DNA of 64,000 nucleotides from Anaerolineales bacterium (lineage in GTDB: Bacteria > Chloroflexota > Anaerolineae > Anaerolineales > Villigracilaceae): the NCBI GenBank assembly GCA_034433295.1, contig DAOUAS010000019.1:3713-67712 (forward strand), read 5' to 3'. This document shows positions 56,000-63,837 of this stretch, piece by piece. Position 1 is the first letter of the stretch. Each line of letters opens with the position of its first letter. Below the pieces are notes generated by a model, which had not been told where the DNA came from, did no database searches, and saw only the letters and a program-made list of their open reading frames with translations. The translations under genes and the position numbers were made by a program.

Positions 56000-58900
56000 C
56001 TCGAATCTTCCTTGTCGGGCATGGGATTAATTTGCACTTTTGTGTAGCGCGCTCCGGTGAGTCTTGTTAATTCATTGGCCGTTGTGACCATGATGGATTG
56101 AATGTCTGTCGACCGGCGTATCTTGCTGGTCACTTCATAGATCAGGTGGTCGCGTTCCGCCTGGACGCGTATCTGTTCCACCAGACGCGCGTTGGCAATG
56201 ATGGCGGCAAGGCTTCCGCCAAGAGTGCCGAGCATTTCCTCGTCGTTTTCGGTGTAGGCGTCCACAATTTCGCTTTCGACATTCAACACCCCCAACAACT
56301 CATTGCGATAGGTGAGCGGAACTGCCAATTCTGAGCGCGTATTCGAACTGACCATGATGTAGCGCGGGTCCTCCTCTACATTTTTGATGCGAAGCGGGCG
56401 TTTGTGGGCTGCAACCCATCCAGTGATTCCTTTCCCTATCGGCACTTCCACGCGCGAAATGTTTTCGGCGTAGCCCGTGGAGGCCTTCGCTTCAAGGGCG
56501 TTCTTCTCTTCGTTTAAAAGCAGGATGGTGACGCGGTCACCGCCCAGCGTTACCTGTAGTCCGTCCACTGCGCTCTCCAAGGCCTCCTCCAGTGTCGTGC
56601 CTGATGCCGCGGTGCTGGTGATGTGATGCAACAGGCGATGCTGGGATAGGTGCTCCTGGGTTTCGGAGAACAGTTCCGTATTGACCACGGCAACAGCCAT
56701 CTGATCTGCCAGGATTTGGAGGCTGCGCAATTTGTCCTCTGTGAAAGCGTAGGGCAGGGTGCTTTGGACATCTATTTCACCCAGAATGCGCTCCCCGACC
56801 TTCAATGGAAAAGCCGCTTCCGAACGGGTGTTGGGGAAAAGTGGATTTGTCTGGTAGGTGGCATCTCTGGCTATATCATTCACTACCAGGGGTTCGCCAT
56901 TGCTGCTTACGAAGCCGACGATGGATTTGGACCCAATGCCGATTTTGTATCCCGTGCGTTTCAACTGGGCGCCCGCTTCTCCGGTTGCTTCGCGAACCAC
57001 TGTAAACTCTCCCTGCAGGTCATGAAGATACACCGACGCATGATAAAAGTCGAATCGTTCCCGAATGAAATTGACGGCCTTGATCAATAACTCGTCGAGA
57101 TTGAGCGAACCGCTGATGTCGCGCGCGATCTCGGCGGCGGTTTCAAGTTGAAGCGCCTTCTGCCTGCTTTCATCCAGCAGGCGGACATTGTGAATGACAC
57201 CCGCCACCTGCCCGGCAATGGTGGATAGGAATTTCAAATCATCGTCGTCGAAGGCATGTTCTTTTTCGGCGTCCTGCACGACCATGACGCCAATCGGGCT
57301 GTTTTGTACAAGCAAGGGCGCGCCCATCCATGAACGGATTGGTCTTCCTGCGGGCTTTACCCCTAATTCGACCATTCTTTTTTCGGCATTTTCCAAAATC
57401 ATGAGCGGCTGACGCGTGCGGACCAGGATCGATGTTAGCCCTTCACCCAAAGTTTGCGACCCGGATGGGGAAATCTTCCCGCCCTCATAGTTGAATGTAA
57501 CATTCAGCGTATTGCTTTTCTCGTCGTAGAGCGCCACTGTCAGGTTGTGGTCGCCGATCACCAGTTGTATTTTTTCGAGGAGATTCAAATGGAAGTTTTT
57601 GAAGTCCGATGAAGTCGGCATCGTTTCGTTGATCGAAACAAGCGCTTCGACCTCACGCAGGTGCTTTTCCGTTTGCTTGACAGCTTCCATTTTTCCCAAC
57701 GCAATGGACATCAGATCTGACAGATTGACGTAAGGCTGAACTGCGGCGCTGGAAAGACTCTGTTCCGCTCCGCCAAGCATCAAAATGGCGGCCAATTCGC
57801 CTCCCTTGCGTATCGGGAAAAAGGCCGCGCTCTCCAGGTTTATTGCTTGCATGAAATTTTTTAACGGGACCGGAAGCGTTTCGCTGGCAGGTGTGGCAGG
57901 CGCTTCACCCTGAAGCAGGTAAGTCTCGATTTCTTCCATATCTGCTTCGATGGTTTCCGGCATGGGGGGGGGGGCTGTTTTTGCGTAGTTTGCAGGCTGG
58001 ACTATCCTGAGGGTTTCGTCCTGGACACGAAGGATCGCCGAGTGAAAGGAGGACTTTCCAAGAATAAGGTTCCCGACTTCGAAAATTTCCTGTTCCGTAT
58101 CTGCTTTCGCAATCAGCCGGCTTGCGCGATAGAGATGAGAAAGTTCTTCGAAGTTTACCTGACTCGTTTCGGCCAAACCGGCCGCCTGAATGGCTGTTGC
58201 AATCTGATTGGACAACATGTGCAGTGTTAAGGCGGTTTCGGGGCTAAGCGGGTTGTCCTCTGTGCTTTGGACATCCAGTACGCCTAGCACCAGGGTGCCC
58301 ATTGAAATCGGAATGACCGTTTCGGAATGGGCATTGGGAAGTGGTTCTGATTGCAGGTTGAGCGCGTCATCCCGCCCTTTATATAGCGTATGCGGCTGGT
58401 TATGGGTACAGACCCATCCGATCAACGTTGCCGGGTCTATCGCCAGACGGTTTTTCCGTGGAGGGGGTTCTCCAAAACCGGATTTGAATTCGGCATACCC
58501 GCCGCTCCGGTCCACAATATAAATGTTTGCCTGGAGGAAGCCGAATTGTTTGACGAGTAATTCGACCGTTTTTTCGAATGTCTGGTTCAGGCTTGCGGTG
58601 TCTGTGATATTCCGGGTTACTTCTGCTGTGGTGCGGATGTGGCGCTCCCCTTCATCCACCTTGTGTTCGAGCGACCGGTATAACTTGCCAAGTTCGTCCG
58701 CCATTTGATTGAAGGAATTGGCCAGGACGCCGATTTCGTCGTTGCTTTTCACTTCGGCGCGGCGGCTCCAATCCCCGCTGGTAAAACTATGTGTGATTTC
58801 TGAAAGGGCGCGCAACGGTTTAACAACGCGATTAATTCCAATGATCAACACCAGTCCCATTGCCAGAAGTGTGAGCAGGGTTAATATGGACGTAAAGGGA

Positions 58901-59850
58901 AGCAGGCTGGAAATCTCCCCATAGATGTCGCTGGACTTCACTTGAAGCACCACGCCCGTTTGCATTTTGGGAAACCATCTTAGTTGGGCAAGCGCATTCT
59001 CCCCTTCGGTCGATGCGATTTCCAGCGTCCTTGTCGATGGCGCGGACTGGGCGGTTAATTCTGTAAAAACGGCATTGACGGTATCTCGCGAAGCAAATTC
59101 CACGGGTGCGAATCCCCCGGTGGCGGGGTCGCTGTGGATGAATTGACCGTCTGGCAGGACAAAGTACGTGGTTGCCAGCGGCGACAGCCCAGTCAACGGT
59201 TGTGTAAGTTTCTGCAGGCTTTTCTTTTCGGTGATACCCACCAGATACCCAAGCATGGACCCGCGCGCGGTTTTATATGGCTGTGCGGTTATCAGAATGA
59301 ATTCGTTTTCATACAAGGGGGGAATCCCATAAAGAGCGGTCGAAGGATGTTCTTTTGTGGTTCTTTCCAGGATGGAGGCGTCGAATTTCAATCCCTGCCA
59401 CGAGGCTTTACTCGAGATTTTTATGTTTCTGTTCGAGTCCAAGAGGAGAAACTGATTGAAGGAAGGGGCGTCCTCCTGCGTGCCGAGGCTGTTGAATTCC
59501 ACAATGATGCCATTGCGAATCTCGCGGAATTCGCCGCTTTTGGGGTTTGCGTGAAGCGCGAGTTCCGTCAAAATCCTGAAATCACTGCTTTCGAGTAGAC
59601 GATTGAGGTACGTCTCCTTGTTTGCAATTTCGCGCTCAATGGCTTCGATTTGTGTTGCAAGCAGGTGCTGGGATTGGGTAATCGCCTGTTCCTGCAGAAG
59701 CGCGCGGGTGCGGAGGTAGGCGGCGCCCGCCATTAAGGCAAGGGGAATGAAAGTGAATATTAAGAGCGTTCGTACGAGAGTCCCCGCCAGGCTGCCCTTA
59801 AATCTTCTGCGGCTGGTGTCATAAGTGGGCGTCGCTTGAGTGGTTGACAT
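55996..59850 (-). CDS. membrane sensor paralog 11, giant form (TM - extracytoplasmic domain - TM - HAMP - five GAF-like modules - tail)
   Basis: HAMP KPLRALSEITHSFTSGDWS...NDEIGVLANSFNQMADEL. Five successive GAF-like blocks, the fourth carrying the family signature FDFYHASVYLHDL...TRSEAAFPL...LGEIDVQS. Same C-terminal tail type. Confidence 0.85.
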   Translation of the reverse strand: MSTTQATPTYDTSRRRFKGSLAGTLVRTLLIFTFIPLALMAGAAYLRTRALLQEQAITQSQHLLATQIEAIEREIANKETYLNRLLESSDFRILTELALHANPKSGEFREIRNGIIVEFNSLGTQEDAPSFNQFLLLDSNRNIKISSKASWQGLKFDASILERTTKEHPSTALYGIPPLYENEFILITAQPYKTARGSMLGYLVGITEKKSLQKLTQPLTGLSPLATTYFVLPDGQFIHSDPATGGFAPVEFASRDTVNAVFTELTAQSAPSTRTLEIASTEGENALAQLRWFPKMQTGVVLQVKSSDIYGEISSLLPFTSILTLLTLLAMGLVLIIGINRVVKPLRALSEITHSFTSGDWSRRAEVKSNDEIGVLANSFNQMADELGKLYRSLEHKVDEGERHIRTTAEVTRNITDTASLNQTFEKTVELLVKQFGFLQANIYIVDRSGGYAEFKSGFGEPPPRKNRLAIDPATLIGWVCTHNQPHTLYKGRDDALNLQSEPLPNAHSETVIPISMGTLVLGVLDVQSTEDNPLSPETALTLHMLSNQIATAIQAAGLAETSQVNFEELSHLYRASRLIAKADTEQEIFEVGNLILGKSSFHSAILRVQDETLRIVQPANYAKTAPPPMPETIEADMEEIETYLLQGEAPATPASETLPVPLKNFMQAINLESAAFFPIRKGGELAAILMLGGAEQSLSSAAVQPYVNLSDLMSIALGKMEAVKQTEKHLREVEALVSINETMPTSSDFKNFHLNLLEKIQLVIGDHNLTVALYDEKSNTLNVTFNYEGGKISPSGSQTLGEGLTSILVRTRQPLMILENAEKRMVELGVKPAGRPIRSWMGAPLLVQNSPIGVMVVQDAEKEHAFDDDDLKFLSTIAGQVAGVIHNVRLLDESRQKALQLETAAEIARDISGSLNLDELLIKAVNFIRERFDFYHASVYLHDLQGEFTVVREATGEAGAQLKRTGYKIGIGSKSIVGFVSSNGEPLVVNDIARDATYQTNPLFPNTRSEAAFPLKVGERILGEIDVQSTLPYAFTEDKLRSLQILADQMAVAVVNTELFSETQEHLSQHRLLHHITSTAASGTTLEEALESAVDGLQVTLGGDRVTILLLNEEKNALEAKASTGYAENISRVEVPIGKGITGWVAAHKRPLRIKNVEEDPRYIMVSSNTRSELAVPLTYRNELLGVLNVESEIVDAYTENDEEMLGTLGGSLAAIIANARLVEQIRVQAERDHLIYEVTSKIRRSTDIQSIMVTTANELTRLTGARYTKVQINPMPDKEDSR

Positions 59851-59859
59851 TAAAGATGG

Positions 59860-60312
59860 TTAGTTGTATTCCCAGACCGGCTCCCCGCTCAGAATACGGC
59901 GGATTTGATCCGGAAAACGGTCGGGGTCGAGCGGTTTGCCCAGAAAGCCGTCGAAACCGGAATCCTTCGCCTTGGTCATTTGCTCGAGGCTGGCTTCCGC
60001 CGTCACGGCGATAATGGGCACGGTCTTGAAGCGTTCGGATGCGCGGATTTTTTTCAACGCGCCGTAACCGTCTTCGTAAGGCAGGCGGATGTCCATCAGG
60101 ATCAGGTCGAGGCGCGGCAGGGTGTCGGCATATTCCACAACCTCGTAGCCGGAGGTTTTCCACTCGCAGTGGATTCCCAGGTAGCCAAGCATGCGCGCGA
60201 TCAGCACAAAATTCGAAACATTATCCTCGACGACCAGCACAGCCGCATCTTTGGGGATGTTGGGTTTGCGGATGGGTTGGGTGTCGGATACGGCAGGTGT
60301 TTGATCAGACAT
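59860..60312 (-). CDS. single-domain response regulator (CheY-like)
   Basis: VLVVEDN...LILMDIRLPYEDG...IIAVTA...FLGKP. No output domain. Confidence 0.88.
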   Translation of the reverse strand: MSDQTPAVSDTQPIRKPNIPKDAAVLVVEDNVSNFVLIARMLGYLGIHCEWKTSGYEVVEYADTLPRLDLILMDIRLPYEDGYGALKKIRASERFKTVPIIAVTAEASLEQMTKAKDSGFDGFLGKPLDPDRFPDQIRRILSGEPVWEYN

Positions 60313-60700
60313 TTGTGCTCCTTAAAAGAAATCGCTCGATCTGTTGGGATAAGGTGTCTATATCTATCGGTTTTTGGATATAACCGTCACATCCGGCCCC
60401 CAATGATTTTTCGCGATCGCCACGCATTACATTTGCTGTAACCGCAACAATGGGGATTTTCGAGAATTTTTCGATGGATTTGATCCTGGCTGTCAGGGTG
60501 TAGCCGTCCATATCCGGCATATTGATATCCATCAGTACCAGTTCGATTTTTTCGCGCTCGAGTTTTTCCAGCGCCTGCGTGGCGTTGACAGCCTCGACGA
60601 CGGCGTATCCTTCCGCCTCCAGCACTCTGCGAATTAGGCTTCTGTTGTCCGGGTTGTCTTCCACATAAAGTATAGTACTTTTTTTGATTTCCAGTGCCAT
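60305..60700 (-). CDS. single-domain response regulator (CheY-like), first gene of the string
   Basis: ILYVEDNPDN...LVLMDINMPDMDG...IVAVTA...YIQKP. SD GGAGA lies 10 nt upstream. Confidence 0.88.
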   Translation of the reverse strand: MALEIKKSTILYVEDNPDNRSLIRRVLEAEGYAVVEAVNATQALEKLEREKIELVLMDINMPDMDGYTLTARIKSIEKFSKIPIVAVTANVMRGDREKSLGAGCDGYIQKPIDIDTLSQQIERFLLRSTNV

Positions 60701-60774
60701 GCGAATTTAATCTCCGGCTTGAATTCTACTTTAAAGGGAAAATCGATCACATAACAGCAACCTTACAAAAGAAC
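60701..60774 (-). promoter_or_regulatory. leader/promoter region of the sensor gene string
   Basis: Bounded upstream by the tRNA terminator. SD ggaga at 60711-60715 and a TAGAAT-like -10 candidate on the minus strand. I could not find a convincing -35. Confidence 0.3.
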
Positions 60775-60802
60775 AAAAAGTCGAGGTAGAGAGGGCCTCG
60801 AC
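60775..60802 (-). terminator. rho-independent terminator of tRNA-Gly
   Basis: Minus strand reads gtcgagg ccctctcta cctcgac ttttt, 9 nt after the tRNA 3' end. Confidence 0.75.
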
Positions 60803-60811
60803 TTGAGTTTG

Positions 60812-60883
60812 AGCGGGTGATGGGACTCGAACCCACGATATCATGCTTGGGAAGCATGCGTTCTACCACTGAACTACACCCGC
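60812..60883 (-). tRNA. tRNA-Gly (anticodon CCC), CCA not encoded
   Basis: Minus strand: GCGGGTG TA GTTC AGTGGTA GAAC G CATGC TTCCCAA GCATG ATATC GTGGG TTCGAGT CCCAT CACCCGC T. This gives a full cloverleaf of 72 nt. Confidence 0.9.
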
Positions 60884-60937
60884 TTGCGGAAACGAGTGGA
60901 ATTATACGCCAGGTGGAAAAGGCATGTCAAGCGAAGC

Positions 60938-61050
60938 GTCATTGCGAAGGCGGCGCTTTTCTGCCTGAAGCAATCCCTTTTCCGGTAGGAGATTGCTTCG
61001 CCGCTTGTCTGCGCTCTAAATGCAAAGCGACGGGTATTGCGGCTCGCAAC
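60938..61050. repeat. nested-palindrome intergenic repeat, copy C (longer, about 113 bp)
   Basis: gtcattgcgaa (60938) ... gaagcaatc (60967) ... gattgcttc (60991) ... gctcgcaac (61042). Coordinates anchored by codons of track ORF 60817. Confidence 0.8.
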
Positions 61051-61078
61051 ACTTGCACCAGCGCGCAAGTGCAGGTGT
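61049..61078. repeat. degenerate copy of the 5425-5457 palindrome
   Basis: acacttgcaccagcgcgcaagtgcaggtgt. The right arm gcgcaagtgcaggtg is identical to 5443-5457 and the left arm is eroded. Confidence 0.7.
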
Positions 61079-61090
61079 GACATCATGATT

Positions 61091-62104
61091 CTATTGGTTG
61101 CGTTTCAGGAGCATATTTGCCAGTTCCAGCATGGACTCTCCTGCCGCGCCGCATGGGTTGGCTTTGCCCAGATATTCCAACGCGGTTTGGGTTTCCCTTT
61201 CAGAGATTTTCTCTGCGTAGGATTTTCCACCTTCCTCTTCGAGGAGAGCCGCAACCGCCTTGACTTCGCCTACCGTAATGGGACCCTGCTTCCATCTTTC
61301 GGCGAACTTCCCGCGTTTGCCGAGGGCGTAAAGCACGGGCAGGGAGTTTTTTCCTTCAACCAAATCGCTGGCGGCGGATTTGCCCGTCACGGCTTCGTCG
61401 CCCCAAATGCCGAGGATGTCATCCTGCACCTGAAAGGCTAGCCCGAGGTGGTGTCCAAATTGACGATAAGCTTCCTGTTTCGCTTCTTTCGCATTTCCCA
61501 GCAGGGAACCAATGTGCGTGCAAGCCGAGAGCAGGGCGGAGGTTTTCCCGCCGACCATGGGCCAATAATCTTCGAGATCGAGGTCGTTGCGTTCTTCGTA
61601 AGACATATCCAGATATTGGCCGCGGGTCAGGCTGAGACAGGCATCATGCAGAATGGCGGCGGCCTGCACCACAGTCGAAGCCGGGTGATGTTTGATCAAA
61701 TCCATCATTGCCTGATTTGAGATGACAAAAAGCGCGTCCCCGACGTTGATTGCCATCGGCACGCCCCATTTCGTCCAGACGGTTGGCCTGCCGCGCCGCT
61801 TGTCCGAGTTATCCTGCACATCGTCGTGGACCAGACTGAAGTTGTGGATCAGTTCCACGGCGGCGGCGGCGGGCAGGGCGGGTTTCCAATTGCTTCCAGC
61901 CGAAGCGGCGGACAACAAAACCATCAGCGGACGAATCCGCTTGCCCGTGGCTTCCTTCCCCGCGCCTTCGCCCGTCCAGCCCATGTGATAGGTGAGCATC
62001 TGGTGGAAGGGAAGCGTGTTCCCGGCATCCAGGCGTGATACCTGGTTTTGGAGTTCCTTTTCGATCTCCGGCAGCATGATTTCGATGTGTTGTTTCAGGT
62101 TCAT
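61091..62104 (-). CDS. polyprenyl diphosphate synthase (trans-isoprenyl diphosphate synthase family)
   Basis: First Asp-rich motif LVHDDVQD...RRGRPT and second motif FQVQDDILGIWGD. Confidence 0.9.
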   Translation of the reverse strand: MNLKQHIEIMLPEIEKELQNQVSRLDAGNTLPFHQMLTYHMGWTGEGAGKEATGKRIRPLMVLLSAASAGSNWKPALPAAAAVELIHNFSLVHDDVQDNSDKRRGRPTVWTKWGVPMAINVGDALFVISNQAMMDLIKHHPASTVVQAAAILHDACLSLTRGQYLDMSYEERNDLDLEDYWPMVGGKTSALLSACTHIGSLLGNAKEAKQEAYRQFGHHLGLAFQVQDDILGIWGDEAVTGKSAASDLVEGKNSLPVLYALGKRGKFAERWKQGPITVGEVKAVAALLEEEGGKSYAEKISERETQTALEYLGKANPCGAAGESMLELANMLLKRNQ

Positions 62105-62191
62105 GTTTTCCTTTCCATGCCACGTTCAAGGCGTCATTCCCGGCGGCGGGGATGACGCGTGGAGCAATTTTTTCGGCTCTGGCTCGGATGA

Positions 62192-62806
62192 TTACAGGAT
62201 TCGACGGGTTTGCAATTCCTTTTTCAATTGCTCAGGTGATTTGAAATGTACGGTTTCCATGCCCAGTTTCCTGGCTGTGACAATGTTAGGCTCCGAGTCG
62301 TCGATCAGCAGGCATTGATTTGCCGGCCTGCCGACACGCTGAAGGCAAAGTTCGAAAATCTCCGGCTCCGGCTTGATCAATTTTACGTCGCCGGATACCA
62401 CAATGTCATCGAGTAGATTCAGGAATTCATATTCGTGGCGGACAACGGTGAAGGTCTCGGCAGACCAATTGGTCAGCCCGTAGAGCGGATATCCCTTCCT
62501 CTTCAATGTCTGTAGGATTTCAACCGTACCGCCGATTGCTCCGGTCAGCGATTCCTTCCAGTTTTCATGATAAGCGCTGATTAAATCTGCGCGGTGCGGA
62601 TACTGCTTCGAATGCAGGGCAACGGCCTCTGCGAATGGACGCCCCTTGTCCTGTTGCGCGTTCCATTCCATGAACTTGATCTCGGCGAGAAATTCCTCCA
62701 TGGCCTGCGGCTGACCGGGGAAGTAGCGGGAGTATAAATTGCGCGGGTCCCATCCGATGAGCACGCCGCCAAAGTCGAAGATGATAGCCTTGATTTCAGA
62801 TGTCAT
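62192..62806 (-). CDS. HAD-superfamily hydrolase (subfamily IA-like)
   Basis: Motif I AIIFDFGGVL, plus LTNW and LLIDDSEPN. The ATG at 62806 overlaps the upstream stop (ATGA). Confidence 0.8.
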   Translation of the reverse strand: MTSEIKAIIFDFGGVLIGWDPRNLYSRYFPGQPQAMEEFLAEIKFMEWNAQQDKGRPFAEAVALHSKQYPHRADLISAYHENWKESLTGAIGGTVEILQTLKRKGYPLYGLTNWSAETFTVVRHEYEFLNLLDDIVVSGDVKLIKPEPEIFELCLQRVGRPANQCLLIDDSEPNIVTARKLGMETVHFKSPEQLKKELQTRRIL

Positions 62807-63732
62807 TGATTTTCCTTGAGTCTCCATACCTCGTACCCCGCAAAACCTGTGGAGCCGAGTTTCGCAAATTGTTTTTCCGTCCACTTTGAAAACAAACCCG
62901 TATTCGGGTCGGACGGATCATAGAGCAGGGCTTCATCGATGATGAAACCTCGTTCTTCAGTATTGTAATTGGTGACCGAATATGCGCGTCCCTGGCTGTC
63001 CACCCGGTTGACGACGAGCATATGCTCGAAGTTGCCACCCGTGCCAGCGTAGATATAAACGAAGTCGCCGGGCAGGAGCGGATTGGCGGCCCAGTCCACC
63101 TGGTCGATCCGCACTTTGTATCTTGTGTCCGAAAAATATTCTGACGGGAAAGCTGATGCGAGGACCGCGCGATCTTTATCCAAATCCGGATTGATCAAAA
63201 AGAAATCGTGCGGAATCAGGAATTCGTTGAGAATCCCCGCCTTTTGCAGGATGGCGATAGACAGCGGTCCGCAGGTGGTGCTGGGATCGGAGAAGCGCAG
63301 TTGATTGACCAGCCCGGACATTTTTTTGCTTTCGCTGTAGGTGGGCGCGATAAAGAAAAGCGAAGTCTCGTACAGCCCGATTTGTTCCTGTTCCGTCAAC
63401 GGCCCGACGATGGCGATTTCCCCGCTGGCGACCATCATTTCCGCCGCGGTCAACGTGGCGGTTGGGGAGGGAGGGATAAAAGATGTGGGAGTTGCGCTGA
63501 CAATTGATTCGGCTATGACGATTGTTGCGGCTGTGGTCGAAGCGGGCGTGGAGGTCGGCGGAGCGGAAAGCGTAACCACTTGCGCCGGGGCGTTCGGCGT
63601 TCCGGTCGGTAATCCATCGCCGAAGACGTTGAATTGCGGGGTGATGAAGAACATCGCCGCAAAAAAAAGACTGGCAAGCAGTGCGCCAATCCCAAGTCCG
63701 TAGCCGAGATACTTCATATCGGTGGAACGCAT
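62803..63732 (-). CDS. membrane-anchored hypothetical protein with a possible Cys/His (papain-like/NlpC-P60-like) signature
   Basis: N-terminal TM (YGLGIGALLASLFFAAMFF), a Thr/Pro/Ala-rich linker, then TTCGPLSIAIL ... GDFVYIYAGTGGNFEHMLVV. An alternative start lies at 63717. Confidence 0.55.
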   Translation of the reverse strand: MRSTDMKYLGYGLGIGALLASLFFAAMFFITPQFNVFGDGLPTGTPNAPAQVVTLSAPPTSTPASTTAATIVIAESIVSATPTSFIPPSPTATLTAAEMMVASGEIAIVGPLTEQEQIGLYETSLFFIAPTYSESKKMSGLVNQLRFSDPSTTCGPLSIAILQKAGILNEFLIPHDFFLINPDLDKDRAVLASAFPSEYFSDTRYKVRIDQVDWAANPLLPGDFVYIYAGTGGNFEHMLVVNRVDSQGRAYSVTNYNTEERGFIIDEALLYDPSDPNTGLFSKWTEKQFAKLGSTGFAGYEVWRLKENQ

Positions 63733-63837
63733 GGGGCATATTTTAGCCGAAATATGGAGATGCCGTTTGGCTTTTTTATGGATGTTGGAGTATCATCCAT
63801 AAATCTGCCGTTCTCTACAACTCAAAACCGAGGCAAC

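Noticed and set aside
33599-59850. The paralog array as a recent tandem duplication or an assembly artefact
   Set aside because: The copies differ in length, in N-terminal architecture and at most synonymous positions within the conserved cassette. Unrelated genes (two binding proteins) are interleaved.
60817-61080. An 87-aa plus-strand ORF
   Set aside because: It is made entirely of the complement of tRNA-Gly plus two repeat elements, so it is not a gene.
60701-61090. An integrated mobile element or prophage at tRNA-Gly
   Set aside because: I found no integrase, transposase, phage genes or duplicated tRNA 3' segment in the window. Only the boundary position is suggestive.
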